64,000 nt of DNA from an uncultured euryarchaeote (GCA_937899865.1 CALBRH010000065.1:31629-95628); one strand, 5' to 3'; positions 18,901-27,329 are shown, counted from the stretch's first letter. Numbers and translations are program-made. Notes: generated by a model from the sequence alone, not told the origin.

Positions 18901-19306
18901 ATCTGGCAATGTTACCATCATCTTATCAGATAACTCAGGGAAGTTTTTGGATAGTCAAGAAATACAACTCGATGGCGGTAAATGGCAATTGGTGGAGTGG
19001 GAGATAGAAGCCTGGACTACCGGTGATATTGAAATTACAGTTTCATTAGAAAATTACTCAGAATCACAATTACTGTTGATTGAGGATGTTGAAGAATTTG
19101 AATCGAAACAGCAGGACTTGATGGGAACCATAGGACTAGTAATTGTTTTCTTGATTGTAGTAGTTGGAGGATTTTCCTATGCTTACCTTCAAAGGTCAAA
19201 AGAATTGGAGCAGTATACAAAACATCATCTCGCTCAAATAGCAATTAAGAAGCGAGAAAGACAGCGAAATATGCAAGAATCTACTGACCCTTCTCAAGAG
19301 GAATAG
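12950..19306 (+). CDS. Giant (2118 aa) cell-surface protein: signal peptide, repeated jelly-roll (MAM/immune-inhibitor-A-like) modules, CARDB-like domain, C-terminal TM anchor
   Basis: N-terminal hydrophobic signal; modules ending GGWFIDEL / WEGIAIDQL / DGWYLDDV; FSFDNGSSW and STDGGINW; NPVNGESLIIVTRILNAG; TM GTIGLVIVFLIVVVGGFSYAYL followed by a basic tail. Confidence 0.75.
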   Translation: MASQLASQNRRVGGIISILLVALMIGTPLANFVSGNSQAWSPNEENSWDSEVSFSPNGNLTYVNETNSDMFQVPANHTITEANLSLSSFWNPVTYQNSTFGSNQSLQWNGTLIDTEIKTNNQHLTLEKVNTANNVDDFEIVSTVPSGGWLTNGIDGEVWTIVQNNTTLTSSSNMNLPISGFENTSFLSTTGKGDLQSDVDACIRSPIIDLPRVINNYSLTFQHWLALDTTDTISLKFLDENNIWTELPFSSTIAINGNSDKWQSVNISLDNHFSQYLTTTYLQFCIQTSQLPSLRGGWFIDELSLFNEGDQKGAWFHGNFSGNYLPNAVSEFIIPANLSSFPYLDELEINANWDIQGYLHDYLVVEFSFDNGSSWNVISGNYGIPGLGVWHNGNLYYAESRGWVPIYLPIVHNFTNSGGLNHTLFKFTVYTNAGINYGGSSSSGWEGIAIDQLVFHHNRGSSQSQKYVFKDFNSAPLLGFNSPDGWLRTKSLTPNEWQWTQDMGLSAQQFQVFSFNDYDELPSGWAISSNDNNKWQYGQIPSTAIYGPNHWNSGQYGLGIALQGKYTNEMYTHLISPEYSIPSSASSRLSFNSWVCTEANWDGGAISASTDGGINWWYLPPQIGTFHDQISTANTNSPFYGEGIFDGSNIANGCRNSSLPFQLKQYDISNLSGQEVRFRYSFFSDQLIELDGWYLDDVGIEIDLFKQSGTWLSQPIYPDSNFGWAKIDGLVKEPTGTEVLFDIIDTSSGELIDGYANLTLPIELLFNPSEINSIQVKAKLSSNNQFVTPSIEKIEMGVASYFDWYHVKHGQPELFNNQLLFVDENSELTANSQLEVAFNTNPVCPSIDTTITSIGANISYQSAYFTFDYDYQGSNSIVSEFQNSFSVPTLSDNVTISLDRNSNLLNFHYMPQCVLPSKNISVGLIDETNMIYSDPMITGLNTIFATESFSTVTADDIVYLPDNHGNYILTLQPNQVLNLSYYLLNHDIYHNSVDNTGLSIYAEIESTIAGELQIYGNNEIVAEYSDTAIIHNIMTNEQCQNSQLSSNLIGINVGIASCTLSLHSTTEIDLKINNFKAISSVSEILIDLDPYYINSIKHQVENNTNEDVINLPVLIKTDYGSTTTNLAYKSYQHQIDRVENIDQIQWLPGQELTIQTSHVRFNPITMSENGFEFDSVELIASIDSTITGAQFVIEVSNLYSNTVSFNTKIGANKIILNQAKSNVNCNEGYCIINWTLQSTWHLDDVDDVVWMVIARDSDGLQTGPATMIRETQFNEIENDLEVFELSVFDLSNNQINDWTNPNWPYRLSEQNTLLVDGSVRFEGITNSQINQGDAEIEIRLTAIPPINNSGGPNEWSNEEVNWTMSWFTEVGHQGLFSSEIETPDVGSVPSNTTIELSVHISRVGPNMSSNEFAIDQTSSNMKTRFIYDFSSPHVASISIYDPSGLTPADGHIWTLNQDIPLQVIIEDVEGLSTELIVYTWAEYADDANGDTVMDLEEYRTTTVSVNYASNVAVLDIPAISWQEIKGPFESGRLSIVLAIDDLAGNELLNGGDFGEQNDAATIIVQDQLQTLMDSSALSLDLVNDNLLPSHQHTFIYSLTDYNGIESLDKISIALVGRDSPGQCNIDYYPRFNSVDYDANCFSSQPIVEVSKVSGMQKWFVETKFIISWSAVYSNSELSGIPSLKIFDDGQDLQLGTSFIRGLSWNINDVISVDDIEFSDTISPIGVSTNAEIWANPNDIIIASSTLIYNDTNVALSSLSKYDQIGCKVNSEVQPTDSIQFFDGKLMCQYMIPSNSNIDIYDIELWALSSNGQQNNTQTGIIFVDKESPVLALELKDLLRLNSNQLSNVLFEGVVKESSTVIEQQLIVNWNILRNDVVINDSPFTHNISIIQNNDDGYEFADLVNLNNTEDYILSEGDELIIWLSFADNSGQELIGFATESEPLMPRITWFDFDPMISLIELKSENPVNGESLIIVTRILNAGLESGNVTIILSDNSGKFLDSQEIQLDGGKWQLVEWEIEAWTTGDIEITVSLENYSESQLLLIEDVEEFESKQQDLMGTIGLVIVFLIVVVGGFSYAYLQRSKELEQYTKHHLAQIAIKKRERQRNMQESTDPSQEE

Positions 19307-19338
19307 TCAAGAATGAAATGTTCCACCGTCTGCATACT

Positions 19339-19423
19339 GGCGAGGTTCCCGAGCGGTCAAAGGGGGTGGACTCAAGATCCTCTGCGTAAAGCTTCGCAGG
19401 TTCGAATCCTGCCCTCGCCACCA
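19339..19423 (+). tRNA. tRNA-Leu (CAA), type II variable arm, CCA encoded
   Basis: Acceptor GGCGAGG/CCTCGCC, anticodon loop CTCAAGA, T arm GCAGG-TTCGAAT-CCTGC, ends ACCA. Confidence 0.96.
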
Positions 19424-19427
19424 CTCA

Positions 19428-20327
19428 TCAACTATTGTTATGATTACTCTTTGTCGGTCTAAATTGTACAATTAACGACAACCAACCAATTATGATTATC
19501 CAACTTAACCAATTATATCCATTGAACCGCGTAACAGTCCACAATCCAAGATAAAATAATGCTATACTACTAGCAAGTCCAACGGCAAATATGGGAGCAA
19601 TTTTAGGCTTAGGATGTAAGAAACTGTAAACAAAATATCCACCGCTAAAATATGCTAATTGATAGGCGAATGAAATATAGAGAACACCAAATAATAATCC
19701 AAAAATAGCAAAATCAGGTTGTAGATCTGGTTGAACAATTAACATTTCAAAGGCGAAGAAGATTGCAGCAAAGTTATGCATGATTTGTTCATGGAAAAGA
19801 AACATATGTCCATGTTCACGTCCGATTTTTACTTCATCTGGTAAAATTATGTATCTTACTACAGTTGCAGTCAGAAAAGACATTGAAATCCCAGCGACGA
19901 AAATAATCATTTGCCAAGAATATAACCATGATATAGCGTTAACTTTCAGCAATTCCATAGTTTGATTTATTATAGCAATTAAGAAATATCCAAGGCACAT
20001 TAACAATGTCCAAGAAGAAAAAGTGACGAACTTTTTGATACCTATTGGATTAAGAATAAATTCTTTGTTTTCATCTAAGGTAACTACTCGCATATTCCCT
20101 GGTCCACAAGTAAACATGTACCTTATTGCATAAACACATACAGAAAAAAATGCTAGACGATAGATCAAAACGATTGAAGAAGAACTAGAGAAACTCTCCG
20201 ATTTTTCTGAAATAATTTGCCCGATATTTGAAAACAAAAAATATAGTATTATTATGAATGAAATACTCACAATTGTAGCGATGGTGATTTTGGTATAGTC
20301 TCCACCGTTAATGTTGTTTTGTTGCAT
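19428..20327 (-). CDS. Multi-pass membrane protein, possibly FAR-17a/AIG1-like
   Basis: About 8 hydrophobic segments; FVTFSSWT and HEQIMHN motifs; GGYFVYSFL resembles the family's xYxFL motif. Confidence 0.5.
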   Translation of the reverse strand: MQQNNINGGDYTKITIATIVSISFIIILYFLFSNIGQIISEKSESFSSSSSIVLIYRLAFFSVCVYAIRYMFTCGPGNMRVVTLDENKEFILNPIGIKKFVTFSSWTLLMCLGYFLIAIINQTMELLKVNAISWLYSWQMIIFVAGISMSFLTATVVRYIILPDEVKIGREHGHMFLFHEQIMHNFAAIFFAFEMLIVQPDLQPDFAIFGLLFGVLYISFAYQLAYFSGGYFVYSFLHPKPKIAPIFAVGLASSIALFYLGLWTVTRFNGYNWLSWIIIIGWLSLIVQFRPTKSNHNNS

Positions 20328-20385
20328 GATTTTTCCCCTAATTAATAGTGCTAAGAAAGTTCGTTTAATTTACGATTCGAGTTGT

Positions 20386-21099
20386 TCAATCCAATATGGC
20401 ATCCACCAGTGGTTTTATTGTTTCACCATGAGGGAATGGGGATGCGACATCAGCGGCCTGAGTGACGTAAGCAAACGCACCTCCAACTGCAACTGACCAT
20501 TTAGCAATCTCAAACATCGAAAGGTCGTTCGGGGCATCACCAACGCATAGTAAATCATCCGGAGTTAGTCCCATTTTGTTTAGAATAATTTTCAGACCAG
20601 AGCCTTTTGACAACTGCGGCTCCATCAAATGAATAGCAAAACCAGTACGTATGATAGATAGATGCGACCACTCACTTTCTTTGATCAATTGAGTAATTCT
20701 TTCCAAATCTTCATCTGGATTTAGGCACCACTCGCTTTCTCGCCATTGATTTGTTTCGATACCTTCCCATTTCAATCCATCAATTTTAGTTGCCAGCCAT
20801 TGTGCAGCAGCTTTTGCTTCACTGCCATCAGCTCGATAATTGGTTTCACCCCAGTCGGGATGCCACAAAACACCACCATTTTCACAACAAATTGGCCCAC
20901 TTAGGTTCAAAAATCGCCATAATCCGTAGGTAATTGCTCTTACATTACCAGTTGCCAAAATCACTGGTATTCCAGCAGCTTCAAGTCTTTGTAATGCATC
21001 TATGACAGAGGGTTCAATCAACTTGTTCTCATTGGTTAGCGTGCCATCAATATCGACTGCAACTACTTTTGGCTTCCAGTTGTCGGGAAGCCACATCAT
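20386..21099 (-). CDS. HAD-superfamily phosphatase (phosphoglycolate phosphatase, TA0175-type)
   Basis: VDIDGTLT, LATGN, ICCENGG, SKGSG, VGDAPNDLSMF. Confidence 0.9.
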   Translation of the reverse strand: MMWLPDNWKPKVVAVDIDGTLTNENKLIEPSVIDALQRLEAAGIPVILATGNVRAITYGLWRFLNLSGPICCENGGVLWHPDWGETNYRADGSEAKAAAQWLATKIDGLKWEGIETNQWRESEWCLNPDEDLERITQLIKESEWSHLSIIRTGFAIHLMEPQLSKGSGLKIILNKMGLTPDDLLCVGDAPNDLSMFEIAKWSVAVGGAFAYVTQAADVASPFPHGETIKPLVDAILD

Positions 21100-21193
21100 A
21101 ATTAGGCCTAAGAGAATTGTTTCATCAATTTTCGCATTGTTAAAGGTTAGAATGTGGGAGATAATTCATCAACATTAACCACTACCATAGAGT

Positions 21194-23935
21194 ATGGCGG
21201 GCAAGGATGAAGAAGAATCCTTCTTGTCTTTAGAAGATGAAGAGCCTAAATCCAAAAAGCCAAAAAAGGCTAAAAAACCAAAACCAAAGCAACAATCGAA
21301 ACCTAAAGCACAAACAAAACAGCCCGAAATTATTGATGCTGAGATCGTTGATAATACAGTAATTGAACAGGCCGGTGGCAAGTATGAAGTTGAATGGCCA
21401 TTAATTGGTATGGATTGCCCAGATTGTGCATCTAAAGCAATGCGCGGCCTCTCTCATCTAAAGCAGGTTGTTGAGCCAGAAATTTCTGCGACAGCGGGTG
21501 AGATAAAACTCACAGTAGATTTAGATCAAGGCCTACTTTCTCAAGTCTCAACAGTAATGAAATCTCTTGGGCATCCGCCAAATGTCCCGCTAAATTTGTT
21601 ATCATCAACCAATGCAGAGGTGGTTGCTAAGCGGAATAGCATTTTGAAGAAAGATGTCAAAAAACTGTTCATGCGTCAACCAGGTATTCTTGACGTTGAG
21701 ATAAGTAAAGATGATGAAATTTTACTTCAATTAGTACCAGCCCCAAGAAAAGAATTACGGGAACTTAGAAACCGTTCACTTTCACAAGTAATTGGCTTTG
21801 AGCCAAAATTTGTTGAGGCTTCAACCAGCCGACTTCGTCCTGACCAATGGCGTTTGTTTGGAGGAACTATCGCAATACCAATTTTATTGATTATTTTCCT
21901 TGGAGATTTACTTGGATGGTCTCCTATAATATTAGGGCTAATTGGCGCTTACGGTGTTATGATTGGTGGATTACAAATGTTCCATGAGGCTGTTGCGAGT
22001 TTGTTGTCTAAACAAATGGGATTCCAAGTACTTACTAGTATTGCAGTGATTGGTGCATCGATACTTGGAATGTGGGAAGAAGCACTAATGGTGGTAATTT
22101 TGGTAGCAATCGCTGGACATTTAGAGACTAGCGCGTTGGAAAATGCTCGTGAGTTAATGCAAGGTGGACTTGATAGAATCCCTAGAACTGCGAGAAAGGT
22201 TTTGAATCCATCAATAAAATTATCTCAAACCGAACAATTTACCACATTCTCATTTCAACCGGTTTCAACAACACTTCAACCATTGGAAGCGCCACAAATA
22301 AATAATGATAAATCAGTTGAAGAGCATGAGATAATATCATTAGATTTAGTAAATATTGGAGATATTTTGGAAGTACGAAGTGGTGAATTAATTCCAGCAG
22401 ATGGAATTATTGTTGATGGTTTTGGAGCCTTAGACAAAGCACCTTTGACCGGGGAATCCGCTCCAGTAGAAGTTGAGAAAGGAGATGAGCTAAATGCTGG
22501 CTTAGTCCTATCGCGTGGCCCTGTATTGATTGAAGTAACCGCGGTTGGAGAAGATTCGCGTTTATCTGGTTTGATTGATGCGATTCATAGTTTCAAAGAA
22601 CAAAAAGCACCAATTCAAAATCAAATCGAAAAGTTCACAGCCATTTGGGTGCCAATTGTATTATTTGGTGCATTAGTGGTTTGGTACTTCTTTTTCCCAA
22701 CAAATAATTGGAAGATAATTCTACTACTTTGGGTAGTTGCTTGCCCATGCGCACTATTACTTGCTGCTGCGATGCCACACGCTGCTGCTCTAAGTAGAGC
22801 GTCAAGAATGGGCGCCATAGTAAGGGGCGGAAATATTCTTGAAAGACTCTCTAAAGTCAATCATGTTCTGCTTGATAAAACAGGTACTTTGACCTCAGGA
22901 AAACCAACGATTGGCTCAATTATAATCGCTAAAGGGCGTCAAAGAAAATCGTCTTTAGCTTTGGCAGGAGGCTTGGAAAAGCGTTCATCACACCCTTATG
23001 CTATTGCCGTTCTAGAATATTTGAAGAGTGAATCAATCAAACCTACTTCGGTCGCTGGAATCACAGATATTGAAGCAGGAGTCAAAGGGTTTGCTAGCGG
23101 AAACGAGGTGTCATTTATTCGTGCTGACATGGCTAGTAAGCACAAAATAACGGTGCCAGATGATCTTGTTGATGCAATTAAACAAGCTAAACAAGAAGGT
23201 CTTGGAGCAAGCGTATTAACCAAGGATTCATCTGCAATCGCGTTGTTTACCTTCGTTCATGATGATACAAGAGAGGGAAGTAAAGAATTGATTCACAGCC
23301 TTATTGCTCGAGGAATTAGTGTTGAAATAATATCTGGCGATCAACAATCATCGGTTACTGCTTTTGCCAATAGTGTCGGCCTACCAGAATCTTCTGCTCT
23401 TGGTGAATTATCGCCAGAAGACAAAGTTAGATGGGTTGAGGACCGTTCAAAAAGCCATGTCACAATGATGGTAGGAGACGGTTTCAACGATTCTGCAGCT
23501 TTAGCAGTGGCTGATATTGGTATTGCAGTTGGAACCGGAGAATCGGTAAATTTGGAGGCTGCAGACATAATGTTCCCTGGTGATGAGCCAAAGATGTTAG
23601 TTGACTTATACGATCTATCGGTAAAAATGAACCGAGCACTAATCGGTAACATCCTCATGTCTGTTTCTATTACCATGATTCTAGTGGTTTCAGTTATCAA
23701 TCAGTTTTACGATCAACTTTGGGTCGGCGTACTAATACATGAGGGGTCAGTTCTATTGGTTATTCTAAATGGGGCAAGACTTTCTGGTAAAGGAAATATG
23801 TTTTCTATGCTGTATCTAACAATGAAGAATTTATGGTTTGATATTGTTCAATTGTTTAAACAATTAAGAGAACATTACTTTGGCGGCGATTCATCAAATC
23901 TTATTTTGCCAAACCAAAATCACGCGACATCTTAA
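21194..23935 (+). CDS. Heavy-metal translocating P1B-type ATPase
   Basis: HMA GMDCPDC, LTGES, ACPCAL, DKTGTLT, SSHP, GDGFND, TM HEGS. Confidence 0.95.
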   Translation: MAGKDEEESFLSLEDEEPKSKKPKKAKKPKPKQQSKPKAQTKQPEIIDAEIVDNTVIEQAGGKYEVEWPLIGMDCPDCASKAMRGLSHLKQVVEPEISATAGEIKLTVDLDQGLLSQVSTVMKSLGHPPNVPLNLLSSTNAEVVAKRNSILKKDVKKLFMRQPGILDVEISKDDEILLQLVPAPRKELRELRNRSLSQVIGFEPKFVEASTSRLRPDQWRLFGGTIAIPILLIIFLGDLLGWSPIILGLIGAYGVMIGGLQMFHEAVASLLSKQMGFQVLTSIAVIGASILGMWEEALMVVILVAIAGHLETSALENARELMQGGLDRIPRTARKVLNPSIKLSQTEQFTTFSFQPVSTTLQPLEAPQINNDKSVEEHEIISLDLVNIGDILEVRSGELIPADGIIVDGFGALDKAPLTGESAPVEVEKGDELNAGLVLSRGPVLIEVTAVGEDSRLSGLIDAIHSFKEQKAPIQNQIEKFTAIWVPIVLFGALVVWYFFFPTNNWKIILLLWVVACPCALLLAAAMPHAAALSRASRMGAIVRGGNILERLSKVNHVLLDKTGTLTSGKPTIGSIIIAKGRQRKSSLALAGGLEKRSSHPYAIAVLEYLKSESIKPTSVAGITDIEAGVKGFASGNEVSFIRADMASKHKITVPDDLVDAIKQAKQEGLGASVLTKDSSAIALFTFVHDDTREGSKELIHSLIARGISVEIISGDQQSSVTAFANSVGLPESSALGELSPEDKVRWVEDRSKSHVTMMVGDGFNDSAALAVADIGIAVGTGESVNLEAADIMFPGDEPKMLVDLYDLSVKMNRALIGNILMSVSITMILVVSVINQFYDQLWVGVLIHEGSVLLVILNGARLSGKGNMFSMLYLTMKNLWFDIVQLFKQLREHYFGGDSSNLILPNQNHATS

Positions 23936-23969
23936 ACCATAGTAGCACTTCTACCATTTAGGTGCGAGG

Positions 23970-24440
23970 ATGAGTCGAGTAAGAGCAGACCCGATTACCG
24001 CCGCTCTCGCACACCCTACTCGACGAAGTTTGTACATTTCTTTGAGCAACACACCAGAGATGAGTACTGTACAGTTACAGAACATAGTAGAAGTTGATAG
24101 GTATAATCTCTATCACCATCTAAAGAAACTGACATCATTAGGTTTAATCGAGAATCATCGTGATGAAGGTAGAGCTCGCTGGTGGAAAATTGCTCAAACA
24201 GTAGACTTACCAGAAATTTTGTCAATCTCAACAACCAATTCTACTCCTGCTCCGATTACAACTCAAGTAGCGCCTTTAGATTTGGATGGACAAAACGCAC
24301 ATGTCATTTCGCTTGAAGGCTCAAGAGATCGAGTTGGAGCAAAGTTACTGTTAGAAAAAATAGCACAAGAACTTGGAATCGAACTAAATTTACCATGGAA
24401 TTTTGTTCCTGAAAAAATAGCCTTAATTAGCGAAGATTAG
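23970..24440 (+). CDS. ArsR-like winged helix-turn-helix regulator
   Basis: ALAHPTRRSLYISL...STVQLQNIV...NLYHHLKKLTSLGLI...GRARWW. Confidence 0.85.
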   Translation: MSRVRADPITAALAHPTRRSLYISLSNTPEMSTVQLQNIVEVDRYNLYHHLKKLTSLGLIENHRDEGRARWWKIAQTVDLPEILSISTTNSTPAPITTQVAPLDLDGQNAHVISLEGSRDRVGAKLLLEKIAQELGIELNLPWNFVPEKIALISED

Positions 24441-24448
24441 GTGAGATA

Positions 24449-24841
24449 ATGACAGAAGAATTATTTGTTGAATCTAGGATTTCTCCTCCAGCTTTGTCTT
24501 GCCCAAAATGTGATGAGATGTTGCCACTTGAACTCGGTGAAGTTCAATGTGAAATGTGTTCTGCACGAGTTAAAATTGAACATCAAGGTACTAGAAATAA
24601 ATGGCTCGAAGAGAAGGTAAGTTGTCCTGGATGCGATAAAGTGCTAATTGTTGGAGTTGATTCAAGGCCGGCTAATTTACAATGTGCATCTTGTGATTGT
24701 CAGTTTATTGTTAAACCTAATATTCCTAAAATTGAAATTGAATGCCCTGCTTGTGAGCGCCGATTAAGGATGAAGAAAAAGCCAGGTAGGCGAGAGATAG
24801 ACTGTCCTGCTTGCGACAAGAAATTTTTCATAAAATTTTAG
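24449..24841 (+). CDS. Small multi-zinc-ribbon protein (six CxxC)
   Basis: CPKC, CEMC, CPGC, CASC, CPAC, CPAC in 130 aa; SD GGTGAG. Confidence 0.8.
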   Translation: MTEELFVESRISPPALSCPKCDEMLPLELGEVQCEMCSARVKIEHQGTRNKWLEEKVSCPGCDKVLIVGVDSRPANLQCASCDCQFIVKPNIPKIEIECPACERRLRMKKKPGRREIDCPACDKKFFIKF

Positions 24842-24935
24842 TCAATTCTTACAATTTTGGTGTTGGAAAAATACTGTCAAAATCGTTGTCTCATGAGCCA
24901 AAATCATCGCGCTCCTTATGTATGATTAGAAGCGG

Positions 24936-27329
24936 ATGAGTACTCGGATGGGTACTATGAGTGTGAGCGATAGCAAGAAGGAAACATCTCTGGATTCAAC
25001 TCGCAGCAATAGAGAAAACGGTGACAGAATGTCATTATCTGCTTTGCGATCTCAATTCACTAGAAGTACATCTCCATCGGTTAGTCAAAGTGAAATGACT
25101 AGTGCTCGTTTCCGAAATGAAGAACGTCTTCGTTCAGATATTCGACGTGAGCGTAGATTGAGGCAGCAAGCGATTAATGAGAGAGTTATCGCAATGCAAG
25201 AAAATCTTGCTGCTGATTTAGCTGTTCAACATGAATTAACAATCGATACTTTAGAAAAAGAACTCCGCGAACATATGGAATTAGAATTGGCTAATATGGA
25301 AAAGGAGTCACTTGTTCAAGAAGAAGCCAGATTGAGGTCTGAATATGAGGTTCGCCTTAATCGAAAGGTAGAAACATTGCAAGAGCAATTTGAACTTGAG
25401 CAAGATATTAGGATTCAAGAGCATAAGGAAAAACTCAAGGAACAGATAGGTTCTGAATTGCAAAAAGAACATAAACAGCGTTTAGAAATACAAAAAGAAC
25501 GTATTGCATTAGAATTTAACCAACATTTGCAACACAGAATTCGTGATATGGAAGCGTCATTAACAGATGAAATGGAATCTCGTTTCAAAGAAATGGAAAC
25601 TCATGAACTAAACCGACTTGAAGAGAGCCATGCGGCAAAACTTTCTGAACGAGAAGAGCAATTGCGAAGAGGTATTAGAACTCGATTAGAACAGCAATTA
25701 AGGGCACGATTAAAGCAACGTGAGGCACGATTAAAATCAGAATATGATCGTAGAAGTCTTCGCTTAGAAGAAGATATTGCACAACAAATCCAGGCTGAAT
25801 TAGAGAACCGTCTACGCCAGGAAACTGAAGATCTTGAAGAGCAAATGCGTGAAGATGTGGAACTTGCAATTGCTAGAAGAAAGGATGAATTACGAGTTGA
25901 AATTGAAAATCAACTTGAATCAAGACACGCTGAACGTTTGGCTGGTAGGAAATCAAGACTCCGAGAGAAATATGACATCACCTTCTCCAAAGCGATTGAC
26001 GACATTTCCAAGACACTCAAGCAAGATATTGAAACCGAACTTGAAAAGAGAATGGAATCAGATTACACCAGTTACAGAAGTGCAAGAGAAGCGGAAATAC
26101 AGAACCGATTGGCTCGTTTCCGTTACGAGCGTGAAAATGAATTACGTGATCAACTTGAGGCGCAATATGATTCCAAAAAGACAGAATGGGCAGAACGGTT
26201 GGAATTGGAATTCCAATCTAGAGAATCCGCAGCAAGAAAGGCTATCATGTCTGAAATTGATGCAGGTTTACGTAACGAGCGTCTAACCTTTGAGACACAT
26301 CTAGAATTACTAAAGGAAGAAACTGCACTGGAACTCGAAGTCAATATGGAAGACCGCTTAGAAGAATTCAAGCAACGCAAGGAAGAAGAAGTATCCTCAC
26401 AACTTGAGAGACAACTGGACAAGCGAGAAGAAATTATGCGCAACAAGGCTCTAATTGAAATTAGGAAGCGAGAAGCATTAATCCGTGCAGAAATTGAAGC
26501 GCAATTAGGTTTAAAGCGTGCTGAAATTAGAGATAGATTACAAAATCTGACCGATAAGATGGATAATTTCAAGGAGACTGCAGAAATCAAGATGCGAGAA
26601 GCTGTTGAAAAGCAAATACAAGGTGAAATAGATTCTGAAGAGACGGAATTCAAGGCTCGTCAAGAAGAGTTTAGAGAACTACAAAACTTGGATACGAAGG
26701 CTGAAAAGCGTCAAATGTGGATGCAATCTATTTCTGGTCAAGATAGAAAGCAACCAATAACATTACCAGATCCATCAACTCTTGGAGCGAAGGCAACTTC
26801 ACTTGGTGCAACAGGTGGCAGGCCTATGCGTGGTATCCTTGGTGGTAGTACTAATCAAGACCCACCTCAAGCAAATATCGGACTTGCAGGTATGAGGGCT
26901 CCTACTTCAAGTGCAAAGCCATTAACTCCAACCTCTCCATTAATTAGACCAGTAAAATCACCAATCAGCAGTGATGTGAAGCCAGCTACAGCAACAATAT
27001 TACCGAGACCAATAAAGAAATTGGGAACTCCAGAAGTTTCACCGTCAACAGAGGAATTAGTGCCAGAACCAATGTCTGAGGAGATTGCTGAAGAAATAGC
27101 AGAAGAAGTTCTAACGCCTCAAGAGCAAGATGAAGCTGAAATAGTTCAAGAAACTCAAGATGTTGCCTCATTAAGGCCAATTACTAAAACTATGATTCCA
27201 CAACAACAATCCAGCACTAATGTCGCAAAATTAACTCCAGTAAAACATATTTTAGAGCCAGCCAAGAAGGCACGAGGCCCTCCACCATCCAAGGATTTGG
27301 GAACAAAGAAATCTGACAGCGATGAGTGA
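24936..27329 (+). CDS. Long charged coiled-coil protein with Pro/Ser/Thr-rich C-terminus
   Basis: About 550 aa of E/R/Q/L/K heptad-like sequence with almost no Pro or Gly; no TM or Walker motif. Confidence 0.75.
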   Translation: MSTRMGTMSVSDSKKETSLDSTRSNRENGDRMSLSALRSQFTRSTSPSVSQSEMTSARFRNEERLRSDIRRERRLRQQAINERVIAMQENLAADLAVQHELTIDTLEKELREHMELELANMEKESLVQEEARLRSEYEVRLNRKVETLQEQFELEQDIRIQEHKEKLKEQIGSELQKEHKQRLEIQKERIALEFNQHLQHRIRDMEASLTDEMESRFKEMETHELNRLEESHAAKLSEREEQLRRGIRTRLEQQLRARLKQREARLKSEYDRRSLRLEEDIAQQIQAELENRLRQETEDLEEQMREDVELAIARRKDELRVEIENQLESRHAERLAGRKSRLREKYDITFSKAIDDISKTLKQDIETELEKRMESDYTSYRSAREAEIQNRLARFRYERENELRDQLEAQYDSKKTEWAERLELEFQSRESAARKAIMSEIDAGLRNERLTFETHLELLKEETALELEVNMEDRLEEFKQRKEEEVSSQLERQLDKREEIMRNKALIEIRKREALIRAEIEAQLGLKRAEIRDRLQNLTDKMDNFKETAEIKMREAVEKQIQGEIDSEETEFKARQEEFRELQNLDTKAEKRQMWMQSISGQDRKQPITLPDPSTLGAKATSLGATGGRPMRGILGGSTNQDPPQANIGLAGMRAPTSSAKPLTPTSPLIRPVKSPISSDVKPATATILPRPIKKLGTPEVSPSTEELVPEPMSEEIAEEIAEEVLTPQEQDEAEIVQETQDVASLRPITKTMIPQQQSSTNVAKLTPVKHILEPAKKARGPPPSKDLGTKKSDSDE

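Noticed and set aside
12950-19423. Genomic island integrated at tRNA-Leu
   Set aside because: The gene is AT-rich and next to a tRNA, but it lies 5' of the tRNA, and I found no integrase or duplicated tRNA 3' end.
20334-20347. TATTAATTAGGGGA as another copy of the TATA+AGGGG promoter element
   Set aside because: The G-run is only about 7 nt from the ATG, so it can equally be an SD. Not counted as support.
26150-26653. 167-aa antisense ORF and the 150-aa alternate-frame ORF (25834..26286) in the coiled-coil gene
   Set aside because: Shadow ORFs expected from biased E/R/L codon composition.
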